DNA of 64,000 bases, from assembly GCA_963761985.1 (NCBI GenBank), contig CAVXIT010000003.1, forward strand, positions 55,237-119,236, given 5' to 3'. The position numbers and the translations under genes were made by a program. Positions 1 through 10,375 of this stretch are shown here, one piece after another. How positions within the stretch are numbered: position 1 is the stretch's first letter; each line of letters opens with the position of its first letter. The notes under the pieces are model-generated. The model did not search any database and was not told where the DNA came from. It saw only the letters and a program-made list of their open reading frames with translations. Source of the stretch: an uncultured Acidimicrobiia bacterium. GTDB taxonomy: Bacteria; Actinomycetota; Acidimicrobiia; Spongiisociales; ZC4RG35.

Positions 1-751
1 CCCAAACCGCGGCGAGCACCACAGCGCACCCGAGCACCCCAAGGAGTGCGTCGAGCCACAGTCGGACGCAGCCGGAAGCCAAATTTCCGTCGCCGACGGC
101 GGCCGAACACGAGGAGAGCGATGATTCCGACGCAGGCGATCCACCGACGACCCAGCTCCCGGTCTCTCCGAGCGAACCCCTTGATCCGCCCCCGATGAGT
201 TGGAATGTTGTGTCCATGGGAGCAATGGTGCGACCGCTGGCGGTGAGCCAGGCAAAGCCACGCCAGACCAGCAATCCGACCAGGGTGACGATGAAAGAGG
301 GAACGCCGACATAGGCGACGATCGACCCTGGAAGGCCCCGATGAGGGCACGCCGAGCGACATAGGCCGACGGCGAGGATGATGACCCAGATCCAAGGGTT
401 GCCGCAACCCCATCATGTCGGGGAGCGATACTCTGTCTGAAGCATGGCCATGACCATGCCGACGACGCCCACCATTGAGCCAACCGAGAGGTCGATGTTG
501 CGGGAGACGATGACGAGCACCATCCCGGTAGCCATGATCCCCACCGAGGAGGTCTGCACCGAGAGGTTCCACAAGGTTCCGGGGAGTGAGGAACGTTCCA
601 CCCGAGATGAGGTGAAAGCTGATCCAAATCACGACCAGGACACCAGCATGCCGACCATCCGGGTGTCGATCTCGCTTGTCCCGCAGGAAGGATCCAAGTG
701 ACCTGCCGGGGCTCGGTTTCGAGTTGTCTAACTGGGTGCGGGGAGCCTCTA
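1..751 (-). pseudogene. Sugar ABC transporter permease (XylH/RbsC type), broken by several frameshifts; continues off the left edge
   Basis: Minus-strand permease fragments lie in different frames. '[54 protein letters not shown]' covers 413..601. My own translation of 1..400 gives 'VPSFIVTLVGLLVWRGFAWLTASGRTIAPMDTTFQLIGGG' and 'IACVGIIALLVFGRRRRRKFGF'. No single open frame exists. Confidence 0.6.
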
Positions 752-828
752 CCACGCTCATGGGATCACCACCTACGGGAGAGGGGTCGCATTGCGCCCC
801 CGAAAGATCCGGGGGCGCACTGCATGAA

Positions 829-2027
829 TCAATTCGCTTCAGTCGTTGGCGACCATGGGCAGGCAGCAACGCTTCCTGCAGTCGACGCCAGCACAAAGCG
901 CCTCCGACCGTGATCCAGTTCCGCGTCCACGCACCATTGGAGGTTCTCCTGGGTGATCGGGATCGGAGTCAGCAGGATGCTGGTCAGAACCGTCTCTGCT
1001 CCGGACTCCTTGTTCGGTAAGTCGAACTCGGACCGTTCCCTCGACGTCGGCAAGGGAGGCACCCTGAGCCAAGTGCCACGGCGGCCTCTCCGGCAGCGGT
1101 AGCCAAGTGCCGGGCGTCCTTCCACACCGAAACCGACTGTGTTCCGAGCCGCTACCCGGTTGAGGGCGGCGAGGTCTCGTCCTGTCCCGAGACCGGCAAC
1201 CGTGCCGAGCGAGACCCTGGGCCTCGAGAGCGGCGGCTACGCCGCTGGCCATTCCGTCGTTCTCGGACACCACGGCCTGCACGTCGTTGTTGTGCCTGGG
1301 TCAGCCACTGTTCGACCGTTTGGTTTGGGCCAGAGCCGGGATCCCAGTTGTCGGTGTAGGTCCTCACCAAGGATGGTGATGTCGCCGGCCGTGACTGCGT
1401 CCCCGATCACCACTTCGATTCCCTCGCGAAGGAAGTCGGAGTTGGCGTCGCAGCCATTGCCCTTGACGATGAAGTAGTTCCCGGTCGGCACCAGCTCGAA
1501 GATCACTTCGGCCATCAGCTGGCCCACGAGGACGTTGTCGAAGCTGACGTAAAGGGTCCGGGATCCGCAATCAGGCGGTCATAGCCAATTACCGGGATGC
1601 CCTGCTCGAGAGCAGCAAGCCACCGCCGGGCAGGATCGCTTCGGTGTTCTGAGCCAGGATGATCAAGGCGTCCGCGCCCTCGGCGATCAGGTTCTCCACG
1701 TCAGCGATTTGCTGCTCTTCCGATGAGCCGGCATCTGCCGAGATGTACGTGCCACCGCCGGCCTCGATGGCGGCATTGATCGCGGGCTCATCGCACATGG
1801 CCCAGCGCTCTTCGTTGTAGTTGTTCCAGGAAACTCCGACGACGATTTCGTCATCCGTGGCACCGGTGGTGGCCGTTGCTCCGGTAGTGTCGGTAGCAGC
1901 GGTGGTGTTCCGTTGCCCCGGTGGTCGCTGGGGTGTCATCGGCCGTTGTCGTGGCCGCATCGCCGCCTCCGCAGGCAGCGAGGATCAGCACGAGAACAGC
2001 CAGTAACGCCAATAGGCGTCGATTCAT
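829..2027 (-). pseudogene. Sugar (xylose-type) ABC substrate-binding lipoprotein, at least 3 frameshifts
   Basis: The lipoprotein signal 'MNRRLLALLAVLVLILAACGG' starts at 2027 but hits a stop after about 58 codons. Mature-domain pieces lie in different frames: 'DDEIVVGVSWNNYNEERWAMCDEPAINAAIEAGGGTYISADAGSSEEQQIADVENLIAEGADALIILAQ' (1589..1960), 'YFIVKGNGCDANSDFLREGIEVVIGDAVTAGDITILGE' (1237..1527), 'QAVVSENDGMASGVAAALEAQGLA' (839..1282) and 'LLTPIPITQENLQ' (829..1125). Confidence 0.65.
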
Positions 2028-2165
2028 CTGTTTTCTCTCCTTGTTGGACGAAAGGCCCCAAACCTTTGATTGCGGACCTATTTGTCAGGCCCGGCAGGCG
2101 AGAACGCTCGCTGGGTTACCCGAGCATACCGATGAGCAGGGCCTGGGTCGGCCCGAATCGGGCGG

Positions 2166-3145
2166 TTACCTTTCCTCCGCGAATATGCGTTCGAGCACCT
2201 CCAGGTTGGCTATCGCGTCTTCGGGCGGCGTCGGGACTTCAGTGCCATGACGGATCGCCCGGGCAAAGGCATCTGCCTGGACTTGATACTGATCCGCGGC
2301 CGGGATCTCATGGATCGTCAGGCCCGGATCGGTCGGAGGCGATCCGCCCGCAAATTGGAGGATCCGGGTCGGCCGGTCGGGGGGAATGTTGAAGGGGATC
2401 TCGATCAGCAGCCTGCCGTTGGTCCCCTGGATATGGACTCGTTGATCGTCCTCGAGCTGGGTCGAGCAGGTAAAGGTGGCGTGACGGCCGTCGAAGTCGA
2501 GCAGCACCGAAGTGAGGACGTCGGTCTGGAACGACGGGTCGCGTCCGATCGCAGCTCGAACAGTCGTGGGCTCTTGACCGAACAACATCCTGGCGACGTT
2601 CACCGGATAACAACCGATGTCGTACAAGGACCCGCCACCGACAGCCGCGATATTGCGAATGTTTCCGGGATCCAGATTCCTATACGAGAAAAACGATTGG
2701 ATCGCGCGGAGCTCGCCGATGGCTCCTTCCTCGATCAGTCGTCTTGTCTCGACCCAAAGCGGATGAAGCCGATACATGAAGCGCTTCCATCAGCTTGACG
2801 TTGGCGGTCCGGGCGGCGGCGACCATCGACTTCGCTTCATCACTGGTCATCGCCAGAGGCTTCTCGCAGAGAATGTGCTTTCCCGCTGCGGCGGCGGCGT
2901 ACGTCCACCGGGCGTGCAGGTGATTGGGAAGCGGGATGTAGACCGCTTCGATCTCGGGGTCGGCCAGGAGGGCTTCATAAGAGCCGTACGGCTTCTCGAT
3001 GTCGAGCTCCCGGGCGCAGCTTTGGCAGCGACGTCCATCGAACGAGAGGCGATCGCCCTTCACGCGGCCCGAGTTGCGACCGCTGGATCGCCGGAATGAC
3101 CTTCTTGCGGGCGATGTTGGCGGCTCCCAACACTCCCCACGCCAA
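2166..3145 (-). pseudogene. Gfo/Idh/MocA family oxidoreductase, at least 3 frameshifts
   Basis: The Rossmann N-terminus 'LAWGVLGAANIARKKVIPAIQRSQLG' (TTG at 3145) is in one frame and 'AIASRSMDVAAKAA' in a second. 'RELDIEKPYGSYEALLADPEIEAVYIPLPNHLHARWTYAAAAAGKHILCEKPLAMTSDEAKSMVAAARTANVKLMEA' (2680..3063) is in a third. The C-terminal half 'MYRLHPLWVETRRLIEEGAIGELRAIQSFF...' (2166..2777) shifts again. Confidence 0.65.
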
Positions 3146-4874
3146 CGGCGTCTTCGCTCACTGGTCTATCGATCACTGGCCGCATTGTTGTCGCGGCACC
3201 CGGATAGAGCAACTCGTCAAGCAAACAAGCTCGCGTGATGTCGGATTGCTCGGTTGGAGCCGGCTCTGGTTGGAGCAGCCCGGCGGCAGGGGATGGTGGG
3301 CGTTGGCCGCTATCTCGATTCGGGCGTGCCCGAGTCGGCCTTGGCGCCTCCCCGGTATCGTCGCCGAAGACGTCGGCATAGAGCACACATATGACGGCGA
3401 ATTCCAATATTTCGTCGGCGGGGGAGTGGCCGTCGCCGATTGCAATGCCGACCTCAAACCGGATGTTTTTCTGGCAGGAGGCGAGAACCCGAGTGCGGTC
3501 TATCCGAAACGAGAGCGTCGTGGCAGGAGCGATCCGGTTCGAAGAAGGTTGACGTACCTGCGGCCGAGCTCGATGGAGTGACAGGCGCGTATCCACTCGA
3601 TATAGACAGTGACGGCCTGGTCGATCTCGCCGTCCTGCGGGCGGGAGAGAACCTGATGCTCCGAGGTATGGGAGATTGTCGATTCGAACCCGCCAACGAA
3701 CTGTGGGGTATCGATGGCGGGGACGACTGGACGGTCGCGTTCAGCGCAACCTGGGAGGAAGGGGAGTCGCTCCCGACCCTTGCGTTTGGCAACTATGTCG
3801 ATCTGGGTCCCAATGGCGAGCGAAACGGGTGTTCTCCTCATCAACTTTTCCGTCCGTCAGGTGACCGCTACGGCAATGCCGAAGTTCTTAGCCCTGGCTG
3901 GTGCACGCTGTCGATTCTCTTCAGCGATTGGGACCGGACCGGAAGGCATGATCTGAGGATGACGAACGATCGTCATTACTACCGCGGCGGGGAGGAGCAG
4001 CTCTGGCGGGTGGAGGCCGGCGAGCCGGCGCGGCTTTACACCCGGGAGGAAGGCTGGCAGCCGATGAAGATCTGGGGGATGGGAATTGCCAGCTACGACC
4101 TCACCGGCGATGGACTGCCCGAAGTTTTTCTTACGAGCCAAAGCGACAACAAGCTGCAAACTCTCGCTGCTGATCCGAGCTCCCCTCATTATGAAGACAT
4201 CGCCTTCCGCCTTGGGCGCCACCGCGCACCGTCCCTACACCGGCGACGTCAATCGGCCGTCGACCGCCTGGCATCCTCAGTTCGAAGACGTGAACAACGA
4301 TGGTCTCATCGATTTGTTCGTTTCCAAAGGAAACGTCGAAGCCATGCCGGACTATGCCGCGCAGGACCCCAACAATCTCTTGCTGCAGAACGCTGATGGC
4401 ACCTTTAGCGAAGCGGCCGAATCGGCCGGCATAGTCGACTTTGGGCGCAGTCGGGGCGCGTCGTTGGCCGATTTCAACCATGACGGCATGCTCGATCTCT
4501 TGGTGGTGATGCGGCGCGAGAACGTGGCTGTCTGGCGGAACACCGGCTGGGGCGAGGCAACCGATCCGCAGCCGATGGGCAACTGGGTCGCCCTCCGTTT
4601 GGAACAAACCGGTGCGAATCGAGACGCAATCGGCGCCTGGATCGAGGTCAAGGTCGGCCGGCGGGTGCAGGAACGCGAGTTGACCATCGGTGGCGGCCAC
4701 GCCAGCGGCAGCCTCGGCTGGACTCACTTCGGTCTCGCCGATGCAAATTCGGCCGAAGTCAGAGTGCGCTGGCCCGACGGCGAGGTTGGGCCGTGGATGA
4801 ATGCTGCGGCCAACCATTTCTTCTTCGCCGCCCGCGGAGAAGCGGACCTGCGCGTCTGGGACGGAGACGATTGA
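3096..4874 (+). pseudogene. CRTAC1 / ASPIC-UnbV family FG-GAP (VCBS) repeat protein, at least 2 frameshifts (5' limit uncertain)
   Basis: One protein is split over three overlapping ORFs. They are 'EDVGIEHTYDGEFQYFVGGGVAVADCNADLKPDVFLAGGENPSAVY' (3096..3581), 'DGVTGAYPLDIDSDGLVDLAVLRAGENLMLRG...IASYDLTGDGLPEVFLTSQSDNKL' (3440..4396) and 'FEDVNNDGLIDLFVSKGN...ADFNHDGMLDLLVV...NRDAIGAWIEVKVGRRVQERELTIGGGHASG' (4086..4874). Confidence 0.6.
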
Positions 4875-4882
4875 CCAACGCG

Positions 4883-6256
4883 ATGCTGCCCAAAGCCATC
4901 TTGCAACGTGTTGAGCTCCCCGATTTTGGTCCGCCCGGGCCAATGCCCGAGATTCCGGCTCACATCTATCGAGACCGCGTCGCACGTCTCCGCGAGATGG
5001 CCGACTCTCGCGGGTACGACGCCGTGGTCGTATATGCCGACCGCGAACACAGCGCCAACGTGTCCTACCTATCTGGTTTCGACCCGCGCTTCGAAGAGGC
5101 TTTGTTGATTATCGGGCGAGAGCCCGAGCCGGCAATCCTGGTGGGCAACGAGTGCTGGGGAATGGCCGGGGCGGCGCCGCTGGAAATGCGGAGGCACCGA
5201 TTCCAAGACTTCAGCCTGCCGAATCAGCCGCGCGACCTGTCGCGACCTCTCTCGGCGATCCTCACCGGGGAAGGAATCGGTCCGGGGACGCGGGTGGGCG
5301 TCGTGGGGTGGAAGACATTTGCCGAGAGATCCCTTACCGACGTTCCCGCCTATCTCGCGGACGCCATCCGCAACCTGACCGCAGGCGAGATCGAGAACGC
5401 GACCGACCTTCTCATCGATCCCGGCTTTGGTCTGCGGGTAGTCAACGAGATCGAGCAGCTGGTGATGTTCGAGTACGCCGCATGTGCAACCTCGAGCGGA
5501 CTCCGTCGCCTGCTCTTTGGTCTCCAACCCGGGATGACGGAGCAAGAGGCAGTGCGTTTGCTCGAATGGAACGGGATGCCGCTGTCATGTCATCTGATGT
5601 TGACCGCCGGCCCGCGAGCCAGCCTTGGTTTGCTCAGTCCCTCCGATCGCCCGATCGCGCGTGGCGATCCTTTTACGGTGGCGTTCGGGATTTGGGGTGC
5701 CCTCAATTGCCGAGCCGGATTCGTGGCGGAGAATCGCGAAGAACTCCCTTCCGGCATCAGGGACTATGTCGAGCGTCTGGTCGCTCCCTATTTTGAGGCG
5801 GTTGTCGAGTGGTACCACGCCTTGCACGTCGGGCAGGAGGGGGCCGTTCTTCAACAGATCATCGACCGGAGACTCCACGACCCTTTCTTTGGAATCTTTC
5901 TCAACCCCGGCCATCAACTGCATCTCGACGAATGGGTCAACTCGCCAATATGGCCGGGTTCGCCGGTCAAGTTGGCCTCGGGCATGGCTATGCAAGTCGA
6001 CATCATCCCGGCCACAGGAACCGAGTACTTCACGACGAATATCGAAGACGGGATCGTCCTGGCGGACGAGGATCTCAGGAAGCGGTGGGCGGCCGACTAT
6101 CCGGACTCATGGCTGCGAATCGAGAGTCGTCGGGGGTTCATGCGGGAACAACTCGGCATCGAGCTTCATGACGATGTCCTCCCGCTCTCGAACATCCCTG
6201 CGTATCTACCACCGTTCTTGTTGAGCCCCGATCACGTCATGACCATGGCCGGCTAG
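4883..6256 (+). CDS. Creatinase/prolidase-fold (M24-like) protein
   Basis: Intact 457-aa ORF from ATG 4883, 8 nt after the upstream stop. The N-terminal domain is creatinase/prolidase-like ('YDAVVVYADREHSANVSYLSGFDPRFEEALLIIG'). The C-terminal pita-bread-like part includes 'GMAMQVDIIPATGTEYFTTNIEDGIVLADEDL'. Confidence 0.55.
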   Translation: MLPKAILQRVELPDFGPPGPMPEIPAHIYRDRVARLREMADSRGYDAVVVYADREHSANVSYLSGFDPRFEEALLIIGREPEPAILVGNECWGMAGAAPLEMRRHRFQDFSLPNQPRDLSRPLSAILTGEGIGPGTRVGVVGWKTFAERSLTDVPAYLADAIRNLTAGEIENATDLLIDPGFGLRVVNEIEQLVMFEYAACATSSGLRRLLFGLQPGMTEQEAVRLLEWNGMPLSCHLMLTAGPRASLGLLSPSDRPIARGDPFTVAFGIWGALNCRAGFVAENREELPSGIRDYVERLVAPYFEAVVEWYHALHVGQEGAVLQQIIDRRLHDPFFGIFLNPGHQLHLDEWVNSPIWPGSPVKLASGMAMQVDIIPATGTEYFTTNIEDGIVLADEDLRKRWAADYPDSWLRIESRRGFMREQLGIELHDDVLPLSNIPAYLPPFLLSPDHVMTMAG

Positions 6257-7794
6257 CCGGCGTCGATGGCGTCCGCGATCAGCCAGCGACCTCCCTCACC
6301 GGGTGTGAGTACGAAGACCGAGTCGAATGGAAGCGGCGTACGAGCGAGCTCAGCGCCCGAGACGTCGTATTCGATCATGGTCTTGGTGCCGGACGCCTCC
6401 ATCGCCAGGCTGGCTCCACCCTGGGGGCCGTCGGTAAAAGCGACATCCAACTCCAACCTCTCGAATTCGTAGTCGGTCACTACCAATCGGCCGTTGGTCG
6501 CCGCCGCTTCGATGTTGCGTTCCATGGCCAGCAGTCGGGCTCCCACAGAGGCGGCGCGAAGGAGACTTGTGTCCGCCGTGAGCATTGCTTGGTTTTCGAT
6601 CAAGAGCGCCTCGGCAAAACCGGCGGCCACGTCGACGGGATCGGCGGAGGATGCGTGATTCAGGGCAGCCGCGTCTGAAGAGACCGACACAGGGGGCAGC
6701 GATGATCGATCGACTTGAGCGCTGATGGTTGCCGGGACCGACGGGCGCACGACAGGGGCTCCACGCGCCGGCGCTCCCGCAGCCACGATTCCGGTTGCCA
6801 GCAACACCGCAATTGCTCCCACCGCGGCACCTGAAACGAAGGCGGGACGAACCGAAGTGAGGCGCCCCAGGCGCAAATCGGAAAACCGGGCCGAATAACG
6901 ATCGATGGCGAATCGAAGCGGGGTGAGAAGTACGAGTCCTGCGAGCAGGCCAACCTTGGCTCCGAACTCAGTGCTTTGCGATGCCATCAGCAAGGTGCAG
7001 GTGATTCCGAGAATCGACGAGAACCAAATCCGGCCAGCGCGCCCCGAGGGAATCGTCTTCGGATCGGTGATCATGAAAAAGAGGAAGATCAAGAGCTCCG
7101 GGGACGTCATCACGGCCCCCCAGAAGTTGAAACCGCACACCGGGTTCAGCGACCAGGCAGCAGTGATGCAATGTCCCGAGGCTGAGAGCACGCCGAGCCC
7201 CGCCGCCAGGGACATCCAGAACGTTGCGGCCAACACCAAAAGCTTGAGGCGCGCGGTGATGAGCAGCCCGCCGGTCAGGATGATCAGGTATGCGACAACC
7301 ATGCCGGCGGTGAGCGGCGCCCACCAGAAGTCGAGCGGTTCGATGATGTTCGAGCCGAGGACGAGAAAGGCGACGACCAGCCCCAGGTTCGAGGGGTTGA
7401 ACAGATGCGACCCCCGATAACGGATCACGTATTTGGACACGAGCGAAAGGCCGGCGACCAGCGCGAACAAATGCCAGCCCCGCCAGGACCAGTGGTCCCC
7501 GCGTTCCTGCCCCACGATCCGCAGAATGAGGGCCACACCGCTCCCGGTCAGCATCGCGCTGGCCGGCCAGACGATCTCTTTACGGGTGACAAATACCCAG
7601 GCGACTTCGATCAGGGCTGAAGTCAGAATCGCGGCGAGAATCTGGGGAATTGAAACCCGAAACCCGAGCGCGACCTGGCCAAGAATGTGAACGGAGATGA
7701 TGACTGCCGCAAGATGGAGGCGTGGATCTCGGATGTTCGGCAGGACGACCGGATAGGTCGCCGCTCCGAGACGCATCGTCCTCGCCGTCATCAA
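6253..7794 (-). CDS. Polytopic membrane protein, RnfD/NqrB-like (UnbU-like) core with a soluble C-terminal domain
   Basis: 513-aa intact ORF with about 8-9 hydrophobic spans. RnfD-like motifs 'ASAMLTGSGVALIL' and 'HLFNPSNLGLVVAFLVLG' are present. The C-terminal ~170 aa are non-membrane. The UnbU assignment is from memory of the UnbU/UnbV pairing, so it is low certainty. Confidence 0.55.
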   Translation of the reverse strand: MMTARTMRLGAATYPVVLPNIRDPRLHLAAVIISVHILGQVALGFRVSIPQILAAILTSALIEVAWVFVTRKEIVWPASAMLTGSGVALILRIVGQERGDHWSWRGWHLFALVAGLSLVSKYVIRYRGSHLFNPSNLGLVVAFLVLGSNIIEPLDFWWAPLTAGMVVAYLIILTGGLLITARLKLLVLAATFWMSLAAGLGVLSASGHCITAAWSLNPVCGFNFWGAVMTSPELLIFLFFMITDPKTIPSGRAGRIWFSSILGITCTLLMASQSTEFGAKVGLLAGLVLLTPLRFAIDRYSARFSDLRLGRLTSVRPAFVSGAAVGAIAVLLATGIVAAGAPARGAPVVRPSVPATISAQVDRSSLPPVSVSSDAAALNHASSADPVDVAAGFAEALLIENQAMLTADTSLLRAASVGARLLAMERNIEAAATNGRLVVTDYEFERLELDVAFTDGPQGGASLAMEASGTKTMIEYDVSGAELARTPLPFDSVFVLTPGEGGRWLIADAIDAG

Positions 7795-7871
7795 TCCATT
7801 CTGGCGTATCGTGGCGCCCCCAAATTGATCAAATTGGCGTAGGCGATGACACCAAGAATGGATTGTTCAGG

Positions 7872-8480
7872 ATGAATTACAACTACGAGCGGTTTGACGA
7901 GTACGTCGAGTCGGGCGAGGACGAGAAGGAGTTCTCGACGTTTTTCGATCAGCTCCATGCCGGTGATCCTGCGCCAAATGCCACTCTGACCTCACTTGCC
8001 GGCGGTGCCAAGGTCCGTCTGGCGGACTTCTGGGCAAACCGAAACCTCGTGATCGAATTCGGCTCCTATACCTGACCGTACTGCTCGGTAGAGGGTCCTC
8101 TACTTTGCGATATCGCTGAGAAGTTCGAAGACACCAATTGGGTCTTCATCTACACCCGGGAAGCTCATCCAGGCGAAAAAATTGGAGCGCAACAGAGTTT
8201 CCAGGAAAAGGTGGCCAACGCCACACGGCTCCGAGATGAGATCGGAATCCGGCGGCCGATATTGGTCGACGATCTCGAGGGCTCGGCGCATCATGCGTAC
8301 GGGTTGCTGCCCAACATGACCTGGGTCATCGGACGTGGTGGCCGGATCATCTACAAGGCAGACTGGACGAGCGCGGCCAACGTCGAGGCTTTCCTGGAGA
8401 GGCATGAATCGGGCCGATCACGCCGACCCACGGCAGGGATTGTTGCGCCCCTATCTCACCGAGCAAGTCGAATTTCGTGA
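7872..8480 (+). CDS. Thioredoxin-fold, iodothyronine-deiodinase-like protein with in-frame TGA (candidate selenocysteine) at 8073..8075
   Basis: ORFs 7722..8075 and 8211..8480 share a frame, and the only interruption is TGA 8073..8075. Read-through gives '...NLVIEFGSYT-U-PYCSVEGPLLCDIAEKFEDTNWVFIYTREAHPGEKIG...'. That is a UxxC motif where deiodinase/Trx-like proteins carry Cys/Sec ('FGSxT[C/U]P', 'EAHP'). The 3' end may continue in the +1 frame to 8586 (see findings). Confidence 0.55.
8087..8104 (+). promoter_or_regulatory. Candidate bacterial SECIS hairpin
   Basis: 'GGUAGAG-GGUC-CUCUACU' is a 6-7 bp stem with a GGUC tetraloop. It begins exactly 11 nt after the UGA. As I recall it, the E. 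coli fdhF minimal SECIS 'GGUUGCAGGUCUGCACC' has the same spacing and loop. Confidence 0.5.
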
Positions 8481-8609
8481 CCTGGACCGCCCGAAGTTCT
8501 ATTCGCTCCTTGAGCGCAACGGGCCGCGGGCGCGGAGCGAGTTCCATCGGGCTGAGGAGATTTGGCGACTTCGGGAGAGTTCCTAGATCCGTACCATCGC
8601 TTCCCGATC

Positions 8610-9668
8610 ATGATCGTCGCCGAAATTCTGCGCGGCCTCGTTGGGGACAAGGCCGCCAATTGGGACCCAGTCGGCCTTCAGTTAGGCGACGCCGACGCTG
8701 AAGCGAGCTCCGTCGGCGTGTGTCATGAGGTAACGAATCGCGTCGTCGAGGAGGCTGGAGACCTCGACCTTCTGATCACCTATCACCCTCTTCTGTTCCG
8801 GCCCACTCAGCGATTGCGAGCCGGTCACGGCGCCGAAGGTCGCGCCCTGCAGCTGATCAAGCGTGGCGTGAACCTGGCCGTCGTACACACCGGATGGGAC
8901 GCAGCACCGGGCGGAACCGCCGACGCACTGGCCGCCACGATCGGCCTCACCGACGTCAGGAGCTTCGGTTTGATCGAGCCGGCGCTTCGCAAAAAGCTGG
9001 TCACGTTCGTTCCTGCCGAGGCGGTAGACGCGGTTACTAACGCTCTAGTCGATGCGGGAGCAGGAACAATTGGCAACTATCGAGGCTGCTCGTTCCGCTC
9101 CGAGGGTGTCGGCACCTTTCGGCCCGAGATCGGAGCGTCACCGACCATCGGAAAGGTGGGAGAAGAAGAAAAGGTGGGCGAAGTCCGCCTCGAAATGCTC
9201 CTCGCCCCTGGCGGAGCGGGTGCGGCGGTGGCCGCCCTGATTCGGTCTCACCCTTACGAGGAGCCGGCATTTGACCTCATCGACACGGTTTCAAACGCTG
9301 GTCTCATCGGTCGAGTCGGAACGTTCGAGGGGAATCTTGCGGACTTGAGCGCAACGCTCCGCTCGCGCTTGAGAAGCGATCCGCGCATTTCCATCCCCGC
9401 CCAGGAAAACGTGCAAAGAGTCGCGGTGCTCCCCGGATCCGGGGGATCATTCATTGCCGACGCCGCTGCGAGCGGGGCTGACGTCTATGTGACCGGCGAC
9501 ATCAGCCACCACCAGTTTGTCGAGGCGGCGGATCGCGGATTGAGCGCAATAGACGTCGGCCATGCCGCGAGCGAACAGCCCGGGGTGAAGGCGCTGTTTG
9601 ACCTCGTCGCCAAAATGATCCCCGACGTGATGGATCTTTCCTACGACCCGACCCCGTGGCACCAATGA
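8610..9668 (+). CDS. Nif3-like dinuclear metal centre protein (YqfO/NIF3 family)
   Basis: 'MIVAEILRGLVGDKAANWDPVGLQLGD...LLITYHPLLFRP...GSGGSFIADAAASGADVYVTGDISHH'. Confidence 0.85.
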   Translation: MIVAEILRGLVGDKAANWDPVGLQLGDADAEASSVGVCHEVTNRVVEEAGDLDLLITYHPLLFRPTQRLRAGHGAEGRALQLIKRGVNLAVVHTGWDAAPGGTADALAATIGLTDVRSFGLIEPALRKKLVTFVPAEAVDAVTNALVDAGAGTIGNYRGCSFRSEGVGTFRPEIGASPTIGKVGEEEKVGEVRLEMLLAPGGAGAAVAALIRSHPYEEPAFDLIDTVSNAGLIGRVGTFEGNLADLSATLRSRLRSDPRISIPAQENVQRVAVLPGSGGSFIADAAASGADVYVTGDISHHQFVEAADRGLSAIDVGHAASEQPGVKALFDLVAKMIPDVMDLSYDPTPWHQ

Positions 9669-10375
9669 CTCTGGACTCCGGTCTCTCAGATCTGCTCGAC
9701 CTCCAAGACGTCGATCTGGCGATCGATCGGCTCCTCCATCAGCGTCAAACCCTGCCCGTACTCGCCGAGTATCAGGCAACCGGGGGAGTGCGGGACGGAG
9801 TTGCCGCCCGGCTGGCCGAGCGGAACGACGCCCTCCGCCAAGCTGAACGGGACCTTGACAAGGCCGAAGGGGAACTAGAGATCCTGGAGGCCAAGCTCAA
9901 GGAAAGCGAGACGCGCCTTTTCGCCGGCGGAATGAGCGGGCGGGAGACCGAACAAAAGCGTCTCGAGGTCCAATCGTTGCGCGGCCAGCAGGCGACGATG
10001 GAGTCAAGAGTGCTCGGGCTCATCGAGGTCGTCGATCCGATGCGCGAAGAGTCGAACCTTCTCGAGAGAGAGCTAGCTCGCCATAACGAGAAGCTTGCGG
10101 GCCACGAAGCCGAGATCGCCGCGGCCTGGGCGGAGATCGATGCCCAAATTGCCCGCCGGGAGGAGACCAAGGCCGAGCTGGCCAAACCGATCTCCGCCGA
10201 TCTCATGATCCTCTACGAACAGCTGCGTCGCTCGAAGCAAGGGGTGGCAGTCGGACGGCTCACCGCTGGGGTTTGTGGCGGCTGTCATCTCAGCCTTTCT
10301 TTACCCGAGCAAGCCGAGGCTGCCGACTGGGACCCGCCCCGCTGCATCCACTGCATGCGGATCCTGGTGCTTTGA
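9665..10375 (+). CDS. Coiled-coil / C4 zinc-ribbon protein (COG1579 family)
   Basis: ATGA overlap with the NIF3 stop. Long coiled coil, then 'CGGCHLSLSLPEQ...PPRCIHCMRILV'. This is the classic NIF3 neighbour. Confidence 0.8.
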   Translation: MTLDSGLSDLLDLQDVDLAIDRLLHQRQTLPVLAEYQATGGVRDGVAARLAERNDALRQAERDLDKAEGELEILEAKLKESETRLFAGGMSGRETEQKRLEVQSLRGQQATMESRVLGLIEVVDPMREESNLLERELARHNEKLAGHEAEIAAAWAEIDAQIARREETKAELAKPISADLMILYEQLRRSKQGVAVGRLTAGVCGGCHLSLSLPEQAEAADWDPPRCIHCMRILVL

